Below, piece after piece: positions 1 to 10,127 of a stretch of DNA of 32,000 nucleotides. The notes below the pieces were generated by a model. The model had not been told where the DNA came from, ran no database searches, and was given only the letters and a program-made list of their open reading frames with translations. Source of the DNA: Vibrio vulnificus CMCP6 (GTDB lineage Bacteria; Pseudomonadota; Gammaproteobacteria; Enterobacterales; Vibrionaceae); contig NC_004459.3 in the NCBI RefSeq assembly GCF_000039765.1, forward strand, positions 2,956,104-2,988,103, in the 5' to 3' direction. Made by a program: the position numbers and the translations under genes. Each line of letters opens with the position of its first letter. Position 1 is the stretch's first letter.

Positions 1-1
1 C

Positions 2-985
2 AATCGAGTCACACAACTTTATCGCGCATCACGCCACTACCAAGTCTTTTTTGCAGCATTACTGGGCGCTCTGCCCGGTTGTGGCGGCGCTATTGTTGTC
101 ACAACGCAATTCATCAGCGGCCGAGTTGGCTTTGGAGCGATTGTGGCCGTGCTAACCTCAACCATGGGCGACGCTGCCTTTCTGCTGCTCGCCGCCAAAC
201 CCGTGACTGGACTCGGCGTTATTGCGTTGGGCATTGCAGTCGGAACCCTTTCTGGCATGGTGGTGAACGCATTCCATAGCGACGATTTTTTACGGCCCAA
301 AGTGAGCGATGAACCTAACCAACCACATTGTTGCCAAAACAAGCAAAACACTCACACCCCACTTGAACAGCGAGCCATTAACTTACAGGGCGCGTTTTGG
401 AAATGGCTTCTGATACCTGCCGCGGGCGTCGCTCTGCTTGGTTCGTTTCAAGTGGATGTGAATTTGCTGCTTGGTCTTGAGGAAAACACCATCGAATGGA
501 TGGGCGCGATTTTCGCCGTCACCAGCATGTTCCTTTGGGCATTGACCAAAGAGCTCGGCAGCTATCAATCCGCCGTCTCTGAAGACGAAAAGATCATCGA
601 CTCCCATCCGATTCAAAAAGCCGCCCAAGACACGAATTTCGTCAGTGCTTGGGTGATTTTGGCCTTTCTCGTCTTTGAGCTGACTCGCTATTTTTCTGGA
701 CTGAATTTACAGGTGACGTTCTCAGGATGGGGCGTATGGATGCCACTCATCGGGGTTGCCGTGGGAATGTTGCCCGGATGCGGGCCACAAATTCTCATGA
801 CCAGCTTATATCTCTCCGGTGCCGCTCCGCTCTCCGCGCAGCTCGCTAACGCGATTTCAAACGATGGTGACGCGCTCTTCCCTGCCATTGCAATGGCACC
901 GAAAGCGGCTTTGGTCGCGACGATTTACTCCGCCATTCCTGCGTTTATTGTGGGTTATGGTTATTTCTTCCTGTTTGAATATTAG
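2..985 (+). CDS. Putative manganese/arsenic-type efflux permease (polytopic membrane protein), 5' end outside window
   Basis: Frame is open from base 2 through the track ORF at 143..985. Several hydrophobic segments. Duplicated signature ALPGCGGAIVV near the left edge and GMLPGCGPQI near the C-terminus, as in the putative Mn transporter family. Confidence 0.7.
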   Translation, partial: NRVTQLYRASRHYQVFFAALLGALPGCGGAIVVTTQFISGRVGFGAIVAVLTSTMGDAAFLLLAAKPVTGLGVIALGIAVGTLSGMVVNAFHSDDFLRPKVSDEPNQPHCCQNKQNTHTPLEQRAINLQGAFWKWLLIPAAGVALLGSFQVDVNLLLGLEENTIEWMGAIFAVTSMFLWALTKELGSYQSAVSEDEKIIDSHPIQKAAQDTNFVSAWVILAFLVFELTRYFSGLNLQVTFSGWGVWMPLIGVAVGMLPGCGPQILMTSLYLSGAAPLSAQLANAISNDGDALFPAIAMAPKAALVATIYSAIPAFIVGYGYFFLFEY

Positions 986-1029
986 TTTGTACAAAGCAAA
1001 CAACCGTCAAACACCCCATCATCTCAACG

Positions 1030-1060
1030 GAAAAGAGCCTCTATAACGTGAGGCTCTTGT
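1030..1060 (-). terminator. Rho-independent terminator downstream of the GH36 gene
   Basis: Stem AAGAGCCTC / GAGGCTCTT with 8-nt loop; on the minus strand it is followed by TTTT. Confidence 0.65.
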
Positions 1061-1086
1061 CTGGATATGCTTACGACTAAGCGCGC

Positions 1087-2826
1087 TTACGCTGTGACGA
1101 TGGCTTTGGCATTCAAGCCTGGATTTAATTGGGTCACAAACAACTGGCAAGGCTCATCACTTAAGCGTTCTTGTGTCCAGTAGTCGTACCAATGCACTGG
1201 CGTATCAGAGATCAACGTAAACTCTTTGTCTTGCTGGCCGTCATAATTGAACAAACAGTGCAGATCGTTTTTCTCGGTTAGCTTCAAGAAGGCGTGGTTG
1301 AGACTGAACGCGGTAAATTTCGCCGCATTCTGATTGTGCTTTTGACGAACCATCAATTTGGCAAGACAAGATTTGGCGAATGGCGTGATCTCTGGAAGTG
1401 GATCGCCCGACAGCAGCAGCCCGCCACACGCAAGTAGGACATTGCGGTGAAATTCATATTCTTGCCTTTGCGCACCTTGGTTAGGTAGCGAAGTGAACGT
1501 TGCGCAGTCAGGATCAATCTGCCAAAGTTTTCGATGCTGCCAACTGCGGTAGAAGGTCTCTTTGGCAATTTGTTCGAAGCGATGTGCGTGGCGCTCAACG
1601 TCATCCGAAACGCGCATGGCATCAACCAATCCTAAAGAGGGCCACATAGGTGCGTTACAACCAAGTAGCCACGCTTCGCCCGCTCCTTGAGCAATGGCTT
1701 CCATTCCGAGTCGATACGCTTCAACACCTGTTATGCCTTTTTGGTAACGCTGCCCTTTTAGCGTTCCCCAATAGTTAGCGTCCAATTTAAAGAGCTCTAC
1801 GCCCCACTCTTCTCGCATGGTTTTTACCACATGAGTTAGATGCTCCTGCACTTCAGGATGTGATGTATCAAGGATATACCAAGGTGTACAGCGCCAACCG
1901 CCATAAGTGATGTCCTCTGCTTTTAGCAGTGAGCCATCCTGATGTTTAACAAACCATTCGGGATGCTTACGAAAGATCTCTGATTCAGGCTGAGCAATAA
2001 AGGGCGCCAGCCAAATCGCTGGTTTTTTGCCACTCGCTCGAATTTGTGCAATCAGTTGTTTGACTCCCCCTGAAAACTTGTCAGAAGGAGTAAGCCAATC
2101 GCCCATAAAGGCCTGATAGCCATCATCAAGTAAGACCCACTCCAGCGCCTCTAAGCTGCCCTGCATCTGCTCGACATTCGCTAAGATATTTTGCTGGCTC
2201 ACATCGGCATAATAGGCATACCAAGAACACCAACCTACTGGCGAATTCTGCTCCACCCCTGCTCTGATCGGATGATGAACCGCAATATGTTGCGCAAACT
2301 CAGCATAGAGCTCAGACAAAGACTCTCCTTCCAACAGCACCACAGATTCCAGCGTATTGGTTTCCCAATCTTGGATTTCCGTCTGTTCGCCATCAAGATA
2401 AGCGACAACATGCCAGTGGTTACCCGCCTGTTCCAGCTCAAAATAGCCAGCGAAGCGCCGGCATGAGGTAAAACCAAACAAGGTGTAACCCTGTGATTCC
2501 TCAATCACTAAGTAATTGTAGTAACGCTTAGGCGCATGCTGTGAATAAAGGCGATATTGTGGGTTATTGTCAGGACAACGACCGATGTCGATCACTTGGT
2601 CTCGAGTGCCTGTGGTCTGCGCCAACATTTGAAACCCGTCCCCCAAGAGCTGAGCCTGAGCTTCAAAATTGAAAGGAGTACGAAAAAGTTCAAATCGATC
2701 ATCGATGGTACGGTTGTGCATACCGTGATAGCAGAAGTGAACTTCATTGTTATTTATCGTCACTTCCAGTTCATCATCATTCACCTCGAAAGGGATGTGA
2801 TTGCCTAAGGTATAAGGGCTTTTCAT
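1087..2826 (-). CDS. Alpha-galactosidase-like glycoside hydrolase (GH36/GH-D clan)
   Basis: 579 aa. Motifs VGWCSWYAYYADV, WVLLDDGYQ, KPAIWLAPF, GVELFKLDANYWG and MRVSDDVE are typical of the GH36 (beta/alpha)8 barrel. Confidence 0.8.
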   Translation of the reverse strand: MKSPYTLGNHIPFEVNDDELEVTINNNEVHFCYHGMHNRTIDDRFELFRTPFNFEAQAQLLGDGFQMLAQTTGTRDQVIDIGRCPDNNPQYRLYSQHAPKRYYNYLVIEESQGYTLFGFTSCRRFAGYFELEQAGNHWHVVAYLDGEQTEIQDWETNTLESVVLLEGESLSELYAEFAQHIAVHHPIRAGVEQNSPVGWCSWYAYYADVSQQNILANVEQMQGSLEALEWVLLDDGYQAFMGDWLTPSDKFSGGVKQLIAQIRASGKKPAIWLAPFIAQPESEIFRKHPEWFVKHQDGSLLKAEDITYGGWRCTPWYILDTSHPEVQEHLTHVVKTMREEWGVELFKLDANYWGTLKGQRYQKGITGVEAYRLGMEAIAQGAGEAWLLGCNAPMWPSLGLVDAMRVSDDVERHAHRFEQIAKETFYRSWQHRKLWQIDPDCATFTSLPNQGAQRQEYEFHRNVLLACGGLLLSGDPLPEITPFAKSCLAKLMVRQKHNQNAAKFTAFSLNHAFLKLTEKNDLHCLFNYDGQQDKEFTLISDTPVHWYDYWTQERLSDEPCQLFVTQLNPGLNAKAIVTA

Positions 2827-2876
2827 GAAATCTGCTCACTGTGTTTTTCTTGTATTATCAGTCAATAGCAGCACTA

Positions 2877-2902
2877 CAAATCGTTATCTTCATCACGATT
2901 TG
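2877..2902. promoter_or_regulatory. Perfect inverted repeat in GH36/sulfotransferase intergenic region, candidate operator
   Basis: CAAATCGT-TATCTTCATC-ACGATTTG: 8-bp perfect arms, 10-nt spacer, about 50 nt upstream of the GH36 start codon. Confidence 0.4.
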
Positions 2903-3062
2903 CTGGCAAAGATTTTCAAATTGCCTATCAAATTGAGAATAACTCAGCACCGAAGAGTAAATTTTCCCTAACGAATTGTTATTTATAAAATTTCCGCTTG
3001 GCACAAGCTTTGCGTACAACCTTAAAGCAAGCAAAAAAACGACACTAAGATGGGACGATAGC

Positions 3063-3980
3063 ATGATGACAAGCCAACCCGATCATCAAACACGATTATC
3101 AGCGCCAATCATTTTTATCGGTCCCGGCCGTTCAGGCTCGACCGTTATTTCTGAGTTTGTTATGGCTCATCACAGCCTTGGCTGGCCAGACAATTACTGC
3201 GAGTGGTTTCCGGCTCTACCATCACTTGCTTGGCTCACCCGACTCACCAATAACTCACTTTGGCACCTATCCGGCGAAAAAGCGCAGCTTAATCGCACGT
3301 TACCGCTCAATAACTTGCTCCCCAGACCCGCTGAAGCATGGCCCTTGTGGCAAAAGATCACTCGTGATGAGGTCGATTTTAGCCGCGGATTTTTGCTTCA
3401 CCAGAGAGCCAGTGCAGAGGAGAAGCAACGGATTCGTCGTTATTTAAATCAGCATTTGCGAGCACAAGGCAAACCGCGTTTAGCAATGAAATTTACTGGC
3501 CCAGGACGTGTCGAGTATTTGTCCAGTATATTCCCAGACGCGTTGTTTATTAATGTCGTTCGCGAGCCCGTCGCCACCGTCAATTCACTGCTCAAGGTGC
3601 CATTTTGGCAAGCACAGGGGTTACATCAGCTGTGGTGGCGAGGTGCCTACAGCAACCACGAACTCGAAACCTATCAGCAAATTCGTCACGACCCGGTATG
3701 CAGCACCGCATTTCAACTGAGTAAAATCCTGAAAACCACCGAGGAGGAAATCGCACGAACAAAAGTAAAATCGTTGACGGTTCACTACGAGGACTTTGTT
3801 CGAGATCCGCAGTTTATCGTCCATCAAATTATGCATTTTTGTCACCTTCCCCCTTGCGAAAGAGTGCGCAACAAACTGAGAAACAGTCCCATTAGGGATC
3901 AAAACAAAGCAGCAAAAGTGAGTGGTATCGCGAAAAGAGTATCCGCTTGGTGTGAAAACGAAAAGACCCTCGAATCCTGA
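3063..3980 (+). CDS. Sulfotransferase family protein
   Basis: N-terminal IFIGPGRSGSTVISEFV resembles a 5'-PAPS binding loop (xGxxRSGST). Mid-protein KFTGPGRVEYLSSIFPDALFINVVREPVATVNSL resembles the 3'-phosphate binding region. The track ORF starts at 2976; MMTSQPDHQ at 3063 is a more plausible start. Confidence 0.75.
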   Translation: MMTSQPDHQTRLSAPIIFIGPGRSGSTVISEFVMAHHSLGWPDNYCEWFPALPSLAWLTRLTNNSLWHLSGEKAQLNRTLPLNNLLPRPAEAWPLWQKITRDEVDFSRGFLLHQRASAEEKQRIRRYLNQHLRAQGKPRLAMKFTGPGRVEYLSSIFPDALFINVVREPVATVNSLLKVPFWQAQGLHQLWWRGAYSNHELETYQQIRHDPVCSTAFQLSKILKTTEEEIARTKVKSLTVHYEDFVRDPQFIVHQIMHFCHLPPCERVRNKLRNSPIRDQNKAAKVSGIAKRVSAWCENEKTLES

Positions 3981-4069
3981 GGGTCAAAGAAAAGGCAGTG
4001 GATTATCGCCAAAAAAGCGTCCTGCTTTAAATGGCCCGCAATGCAGGCCATAAATTGCTAAGGAAGTTC

Positions 4070-5059
4070 TTAGAAGTCGTAAGCAACTTTGAAGAATGCT
4101 GCTAGATCATCGCTGTTGTTGTCATCAGACAAATCAACTTTGATGTCAACAAGTGCAGACAGCTTGTTAGTGAACTGGTAAGAACCACCGAAGTTAGTCC
4201 ACTCTGAATCTACACCATTTGATTCGTATGCTTCTTGATTTGCGTAACCGATAGCTAGGTATAGCTTATCGATTGTGTAGCCTGCAGATGCGCTGTAAAG
4301 CATAGACTCATCACCGTTGAAACGCTCGTGGTTCGCAACATTCGCGCCGATAGCTAGATCACCGAAAGTCACCACACCGTTCACTAGGTAGATTTGCTCG
4401 ATGTCAGTGCCACCAGCTTTCTCGTCGTTCTTCTCGTAACCAGCGTTAACTTGGAACTGTTCATTTTTGAAACCAACATAGCCGTTGAAACCACGTTGAC
4501 CAGATGCGTCTGCTTCGCGGTCACCGTAGTAAGCGATGCCGTATTTGAAGCCTTCTTTCATGCCTTCAAATTTGATCACTTGGTTTACGTCAGAAGCGTC
4601 AGATGCAGATGCACCGTACTCGATAGTTAGATCCGCTGCACCATCTACTGCATCAAGTGCAGAGTCGTTTGCGTAACCGATAGACGCTACGCCAAAACCG
4701 GTTTTGTAACCAACCCAAGTGTCGATCACAGAGAACTTAGCATCCATTGAAGAGTAGTTTTCAGCTAGATCGAATTCACCTGCAAACTGACCGATTACGT
4801 TGCCTTTTTGGTAGTTGATGAATAGATCAAAACCAGTTACATCGTAGTTGTGAAATTCTTTTTTCTCGCCGTTTACTTTACGACCTTCTAGGTACTCACC
4901 ACCGACAGCCACTTGACCACCAACAGAGAATTCTTCGCCAGAAAGGATTAGGTCGATCATTGACTCACGAGCACGCTCAGAAACGTTTTGGTTTACGTCT
5001 GCTGCGATCGCAGAACCAGCAACAAGAGATAGCGCCACCGCTAATACTGTTTTTTTCAT
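4070..5059 (-). CDS. Gram-negative outer membrane porin (OmpU-like)
   Basis: Signal peptide MKKTVLAVALSLVAGSAIAA, alternating beta-barrel pattern, C-terminal FFKVAYDF ending in aromatic Phe. Confidence 0.85.
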   Translation of the reverse strand: MKKTVLAVALSLVAGSAIAADVNQNVSERARESMIDLILSGEEFSVGGQVAVGGEYLEGRKVNGEKKEFHNYDVTGFDLFINYQKGNVIGQFAGEFDLAENYSSMDAKFSVIDTWVGYKTGFGVASIGYANDSALDAVDGAADLTIEYGASASDASDVNQVIKFEGMKEGFKYGIAYYGDREADASGQRGFNGYVGFKNEQFQVNAGYEKNDEKAGGTDIEQIYLVNGVVTFGDLAIGANVANHERFNGDESMLYSASAGYTIDKLYLAIGYANQEAYESNGVDSEWTNFGGSYQFTNKLSALVDIKVDLSDDNNSDDLAAFFKVAYDF

Positions 5060-5471
5060 TTTTATTTTGTCCTATCAATTTTATAGATTTTTTCACCACT
5101 CGACTTAGCCCGTAAGCGTCAGCCGTTGCGGCGAAATTATTCTCAAAGACAAAACTTTCCTAATAAAACATTACAAATAGATATAAATTACAACCACTAG
5201 AGCAAGGAAATTTTTCTAAAAAACAATGAAAAACGCGCTCTATTTAATCGATTAACTGTGTTTTTAGCGAACGCAATCACAAAAACAGCCAATAATTCAC
5301 AAAAAAGTATAAATCTAAAATCAGCATATAAATTTTCAGTTTTAATCACTTTCAATGACACCCCACCAAATACAAGCGAAAAAAACCGCACCAAAACGCT
5401 CACAAAGCATACAGACCAACCAATTACTCAGCGTCTAATTTAACTCTTTATTTAGCATTAAAAATACGTTT

Positions 5472-5804
5472 CTAGGACTGCGGCGTCTTCTTATAACGTA
5501 TATAGGTATCGGTACTTTGATCATAGATGTATGTGTTTATGTTCGGACTGTTCCAGCCGCAAATAGAGTGAACGGATATAGGCAAACGCTCATCTGAACT
5601 TGTTTCCACTTCGTGAATACGGGGAACATTAGTTAGCTCACAACTGATGGAGCTGAGCATATCTGAGACTTCTTTACCACCTTGTGTCGGTAATGTGGCG
5701 CCCCATACCTTGAGTTTATTGTTCTTCCATTGAACAAAAAGGAACTGGTTAACATGGAAATTTTGACCAAAAATATCTCCTGGCAATTTCGAACGAATGG
5801 TCAT
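5472..5804 (-). pseudogene. C-terminal part of a DUF6795-like protein (frame-disrupted)
   Basis: MTIRSKLPGDIFGQNFHVNQFLFVQW...CELTNVPRIHEVE...SVHSICGW resembles the C-terminal half of DUF6795 proteins from memory. The frame reads upstream as REFSFPSMTIRSK without a start before the TAA. Confidence 0.5.
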
Positions 5805-5953
5805 AGAGGGAAAAGAAAACTCCCTTTTTTATTCCCTTCGTAAAACAACTCTCGAACAACCGTCATCCCTTCCTGTGGCACTCCTTCAAGCATGATCACC
5901 CCATGCACTTCTGGAGACATCTCAACATCATATTTTTTAAATGGCCAAAACAT
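5801..5953 (-). pseudogene. N-terminal part of the same DUF6795-like protein (frame-disrupted)
   Basis: MFWPFKKYDVEMSPEVHGVIMLEGVPQEGMTVVRELFYEGNKKG... with AGGAG upstream of the ATG at 5953. The track ORF extends to 6049, but the upstream part looks non-native. Confidence 0.5.
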
Positions 5954-6225
5954 GGCATTTGCTCCTGACGAAAAAGCCCCTAACGAAAACCGCACAAAAC
6001 CAATAGCAGCGCGACTCTTTGAGCCATAGCCCCACTTTATTGAGTACATCCAGTTGAGATCATATGGAAAACGACAAAACAGCGAGCGTAATTCGCTAGA
6101 AGAAAATAATTTGTGGGAAGGAAATCGAAGAAATATGTAATGGATAATTCAATTTTTGCGTTATCGAAACAAAAAAAGGTCCGGCATGTATGCCAGACCT
6201 TTTCTCGTTCATTATCAAGCTGCGA

Positions 6226-8688
6226 TTACGCGACTTCGATTGGACCACCAAATGAGGTGACTGGTGGAACTTTACCAGTGAACTTCTCGAAGTCTACGAT
6301 ACAGGTGTTCGCAGAAGTTGCCTGTGCCAACTCAGAAGAGCCGATGTCTTGAGTCAGTGTGTTTGGATCACCATATGTGTCGATTGCGCCCACTTTCTCG
6401 TTTAGAGGACCGTACCACGCGCCTTCTTCGATACGAATCACGCCACGTGGGTAGCTGTCCGTTAGCACAGCACCAGCAAGAAGCTGACCACGGTCATTAA
6501 ACACGCGTACCAAATCACCCTCTTTGATGCCTTTTGCTTTTGCATCAAGTGGGTTGATGTAGACTGGCTCACGACCTTTTACTGCGTAAGTCGCACGGAA
6601 CTCTTCAGACTCACACATCTGAGAGTGCAGGCGTTTGTCTGGGTGACAAGATTGCAACCAGAACGGATGTTTGTCTGAACCTGGTCCGCCGTGTGAACGT
6701 TCTGATTTCTCGAACCACATTGGGTGCTCTTGGCAGTGTTCGTAACCGTAACGACCGATCTTACGAGACGTGATCTCGATAAAGCCTGAAGGTGTACCCA
6801 GTGGGTTGATTTCAGGGTCTTGACGGAAGTCCGCGTGACGAACCCAAGGTTGACCTTGGCCGAAGTCCAGTACGCTCTTCTCCCAGAACTCATCAAACTC
6901 TGGCATCTCGAACTTGCCTTCGTTCGATTTCTTACAATCGTTGTATAGGCTGCGAATCCAATCCATTTCACTCATACCGCGAGAGTATTCTTCACTGCGG
7001 CCAAAGCGCTCAGTCAATTCCTTCATGATTTGGAAGTCTGGCTTAGATTGGAACAGTGGATCCACCAAACGGTGCATCGCAATCAAACCACGGCTTGAGT
7101 ATGAACCGTATACGTCGATGTCATTGCGTTCCCACTGGGTACATGCTGGTAGCACGATGTCTGAGAAGCGACACGTCGCTGTCCACGCGAAGTCGATCGT
7201 CACAACAGTTTGTAGTTTCTGGAACGCTTGCTTCATGCGGTTGCGATCTTGATGGTGGTGCCATGGGTTACACCCCGAAATGACCATCATCTTGAAGTCT
7301 GGCAGCTTCACTTTGCCACCGTTGTAGTTGATCTCTTTGCCTGGCTCTAGCAGACAGTCGATCCAACGCGCAACAGGGATAGTACGGCTGTAACCATTGA
7401 AGTCATTGTTGTCCCACTTAGGTTTCATGCCTGCATCAAGGTTACGAGGGAAACCACCAGGGCCAGCAAAACCGGTTGAAGGCACACCGATACTTGAGTA
7501 GTGGTGACCATAAGAGATACCACCGCCAGGCAAGCCGATTTGACCAATCATTGCCGCAACAACCGCTGCTGCCCAGTAAGGCTGTTCACCGTGCTCTTGA
7601 CGTTGGATACACCAACCCATCAGGATCTGAGTGCGACCTTTCACAAGCATGCGGGCAAATTCACGGATTTTGTCCGCTTTCACGCCACAAATAGGCGCAG
7701 CCCATTCTGGTGTTTTCTCAACTTTGTCCTTAGTTTTGCCTTGAACGTAGTTGATGAACTCTTCAAAGCCAAGACAGTAAGTTTCGATGAACTTCTTATC
7801 GTATAGGTTTTCAGTGTAGAGAACGTGTGCAATCGCCAACATAAACGGTACATCTGTCATTGGGTTGACATACAGATGATCGTTCTCTAAGTAACGCTGT
7901 GTTTTGTTCTTAACCGGGTCAACCGAAATCACGTTGATCTCGCCTTTGGCCACTTTCTCTTTTAGTTGCGCAAGGTAAGCGTAAGATTCATGCGTTTCAC
8001 AGTTCCAACCCACTTGCAGGTTTTTCACTGGGTCGTTCGCCCAAAGAATAATGTTGTCTGCGTTTTCTAGAATCTCAGACCAAGACGTGCCTTGTGCGTA
8101 TACTTCTGTAGAACCTAGCACGTATGGCAGAATCGTTTGACCAGCACCGGTTGAGTAATCACCCACTTTGGTGATGTAGTTACCGTGCATGCCAACAGCG
8201 CGCTGCATATGTGCAGTACAGTTGTTGAATGAACCGGTTTGGTTCCAACCTGTTTGGCCTGCGTGTAGCGCCCAAGGGCCGTACTCTTTTTGTACGCGCT
8301 CTAGCTCACGGTAGAACAGATCCAGCGCTTCATCCCAAGTCACACGTACAAAACGGTTGTTACCGCGCGTATCTGCGCTGTACTTGTGTTTTTTCAGCCA
8401 GTCAAGGCGCACCATTGGGTAACGCACACGTGAAGGGCTGTAGATGATGCCTTTGATGCCGTTTAGCATCTCAGTTGGGTTTTGGTCTAGCTCTATCGGT
8501 TTGATCTCTTGAACTTTACCCGCGTAGATGTGGGCGCGGAACGCGCCCCAGTGAGAACCAGATACTTTCCAAGTTCCTGTTGTTTCTACTGCGTTTGCAG
8601 AAGCCGACGCCAATAAGCTAGGACCGATAACAGAGGCAGCACTTGTGGTTGCTACGCCCTTAAGAAAACTTCTTCTTGTAATAGCCAT
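6226..8688 (-). CDS. torA: Trimethylamine-N-oxide reductase, molybdopterin-dependent, Tat-exported
   Basis: 820 aa. Twin-arginine leader ITRRSFLKG; [21 protein letters not shown]; [14 protein letters not shown]; [16 protein letters not shown]. Molybdopterin oxidoreductase of the TorA/BisC/DMSO reductase family; adjacent to torC. Confidence 0.93.
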   Translation of the reverse strand: MAITRRSFLKGVATTSAASVIGPSLLASASANAVETTGTWKVSGSHWGAFRAHIYAGKVQEIKPIELDQNPTEMLNGIKGIIYSPSRVRYPMVRLDWLKKHKYSADTRGNNRFVRVTWDEALDLFYRELERVQKEYGPWALHAGQTGWNQTGSFNNCTAHMQRAVGMHGNYITKVGDYSTGAGQTILPYVLGSTEVYAQGTSWSEILENADNIILWANDPVKNLQVGWNCETHESYAYLAQLKEKVAKGEINVISVDPVKNKTQRYLENDHLYVNPMTDVPFMLAIAHVLYTENLYDKKFIETYCLGFEEFINYVQGKTKDKVEKTPEWAAPICGVKADKIREFARMLVKGRTQILMGWCIQRQEHGEQPYWAAAVVAAMIGQIGLPGGGISYGHHYSSIGVPSTGFAGPGGFPRNLDAGMKPKWDNNDFNGYSRTIPVARWIDCLLEPGKEINYNGGKVKLPDFKMMVISGCNPWHHHQDRNRMKQAFQKLQTVVTIDFAWTATCRFSDIVLPACTQWERNDIDVYGSYSSRGLIAMHRLVDPLFQSKPDFQIMKELTERFGRSEEYSRGMSEMDWIRSLYNDCKKSNEGKFEMPEFDEFWEKSVLDFGQGQPWVRHADFRQDPEINPLGTPSGFIEITSRKIGRYGYEHCQEHPMWFEKSERSHGGPGSDKHPFWLQSCHPDKRLHSQMCESEEFRATYAVKGREPVYINPLDAKAKGIKEGDLVRVFNDRGQLLAGAVLTDSYPRGVIRIEEGAWYGPLNEKVGAIDTYGDPNTLTQDIGSSELAQATSANTCIVDFEKFTGKVPPVTSFGGPIEVA

Positions 8689-8712
8689 TTAAATTACTCC
8701 ATCCAATGCTTA

Positions 8713-9897
8713 TTAGTGATGACCTTCAGCATAATCTGAAGAGTGCTTCTGTAGATATTTCAAGATCAGTGCTTCGCTATCCGTATCAAGGTTTACGAAC
8801 GCTAGCATGCCGTCAAACATACCTGGCCAAGTATTGGCATCGAAGTGCGCTTCTGCAGGTTGTGTGTGACACACTGAACAGTTTGTTTTGTATGCTTCAC
8901 GAGATTTTTCCCATACTGGGTTGATATCGTTCAGCATTGACTCTTTCTTGATCCAAACTTTCGCGGCCACTTTTTCCCATGGAAGACCAGTCAGCTCATC
9001 CACTTTCTCTTCACCAGTGGTGACAATCTTGTCATCCATAGACGCTTCTTTTAGTAGCGAAGCCACTGCGATGTTCTTGCCGAAATCTTCTTGGATTACA
9101 CGACCAAAGCCTTTTGCTTTACGCCAGCCGTCGATCTCGATTTCGACATAATCGCCTTTGTCTTCCAATACTTTTACGGTAGACGCAGGGTTCAATAGAC
9201 CCGCTTCGGTTTGACCTTGTGCATCAAAGTAGATTGGTAGGTGACGAACACTCACGAGCTCTTTACCCACAGAGTAATCGGTATTGGATGCCATCTGCTC
9301 TAGATCACCCACGATGCCGCCAATGCTATCCATACCTGCTGGTAGTTTGTGTGCGATACCTTTGTGACAATCAACACAGCTTTGATCTTTCTCTGCCGCT
9401 TGCTTCATTTGGATGCGAGCTGTTGGAGACATTTGCTCGAAATCCATCGAGTCGTAGTTATGACAGTTTTTACATTCAAGGGACTTGTTGGCTGAGAAGC
9501 GATCCCATTCGTGTTTTGCTAGCTCGATACGGCGAGCTTCGAAAACGCCCGGTTCATCGTAGTTGCCAAATACTTGCGCAAAAACTTCTTTAGACGCCTG
9601 CATTTTACGTGCAATTTTGTCCGTCCAGTTGTGGGGTACGTGGCAGTCAGGACAGGTCGCGCGAACACCTGAGTGGTTTTTCCAGTGCACAGTGTCTTGC
9701 AGTTCTTGGTACACATTGTCACGCATGGTGTGACAACTGATACAAAACTCTTCGGTGTTAGTCGCTTCCAACGCGGTATTAAAACCACCCCAGAAAATCA
9801 CACCGGCAATGAAGCCGCCCACGGTCAGCACACCAAGGCTGATATGAACTGCTGGGCGCGTTACAGTACGCCACAATTTAATGATCAATGATTTCAT
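8713..9897 (-). CDS. torC: Pentahaem c-type cytochrome TorC (NapC/NirT family)
   Basis: N-terminal membrane anchor, five CXXCH motifs (CISCH, CPDCH, CKNCH, CVDCH, CSVCH), adjacent to torA. Confidence 0.92.
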   Translation of the reverse strand: MKSLIIKLWRTVTRPAVHISLGVLTVGGFIAGVIFWGGFNTALEATNTEEFCISCHTMRDNVYQELQDTVHWKNHSGVRATCPDCHVPHNWTDKIARKMQASKEVFAQVFGNYDEPGVFEARRIELAKHEWDRFSANKSLECKNCHNYDSMDFEQMSPTARIQMKQAAEKDQSCVDCHKGIAHKLPAGMDSIGGIVGDLEQMASNTDYSVGKELVSVRHLPIYFDAQGQTEAGLLNPASTVKVLEDKGDYVEIEIDGWRKAKGFGRVIQEDFGKNIAVASLLKEASMDDKIVTTGEEKVDELTGLPWEKVAAKVWIKKESMLNDINPVWEKSREAYKTNCSVCHTQPAEAHFDANTWPGMFDGMLAFVNLDTDSEALILKYLQKHSSDYAEGHH

Positions 9898-9947
9898 TGT
9901 CTGCTCTCTTAAAATCTTTTCAAAAGTGTGGGGATAAGTTCACAGGC

Positions 9948-10127
9948 TTACATGCCGTGAGCACCTGGAGGTCCGAAGAAGAAAACTTGCAACATCCAAA
10001 CGATGAAGCCATATCCACCAACGAACGCCACACTCAAGATTGGAAAGAGGACGACGGTAATGAAGAGGAAAGATTTCCACTCCAATGAGCGCTTTTCAGC
10101 ACTCTCAATTTTGTTAACATCACTCAT
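9948..10127 (-). CDS. torE: TMAO reductase system small membrane protein TorE
   Basis: MSDVNKIESAEKRSLEWKSFLFITVVLFPILSVAFVGGYGFIVWMLQVFFFGPPGAHGM; one TM segment, directly upstream of torC. Track ORF start at 10193 is probably too far upstream. Confidence 0.8.
   Translation of the reverse strand: MSDVNKIESAEKRSLEWKSFLFITVVLFPILSVAFVGGYGFIVWMLQVFFFGPPGAHGM

Noticed and set aside
383-888. Minus-strand ORFs 383..628 and 688..888
   Set aside because: Antisense shadows of the permease gene.
2235-2808. Frames 2235..2504 (-), 2191..2466 (+), 2557..2808 (+)
   Set aside because: Overlap the GH36 gene in other frames with no supporting evidence.
3981-4069. Possible porin terminator (TGGCC...GGGCCA, then a T run after GGACGC)
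   Set aside because: Stem is short and not adjacent to the T run; too weak to call.
5197-5443. ORFs 5197..5403 (-) and 5258..5443 (+)
   Set aside because: AT-rich intergenic region upstream of the porin, mutually overlapping frames, no RBS or homology-like features.
6579-7806. Several plus-strand ORFs (6579..6971, 6914..7252, 7056..7283, 7476..7694, 7501..7806)
   Set aside because: Antisense to torA, with low-complexity Ser/Arg/Thr-rich translations and no RBS or family signature. Shadow ORFs.
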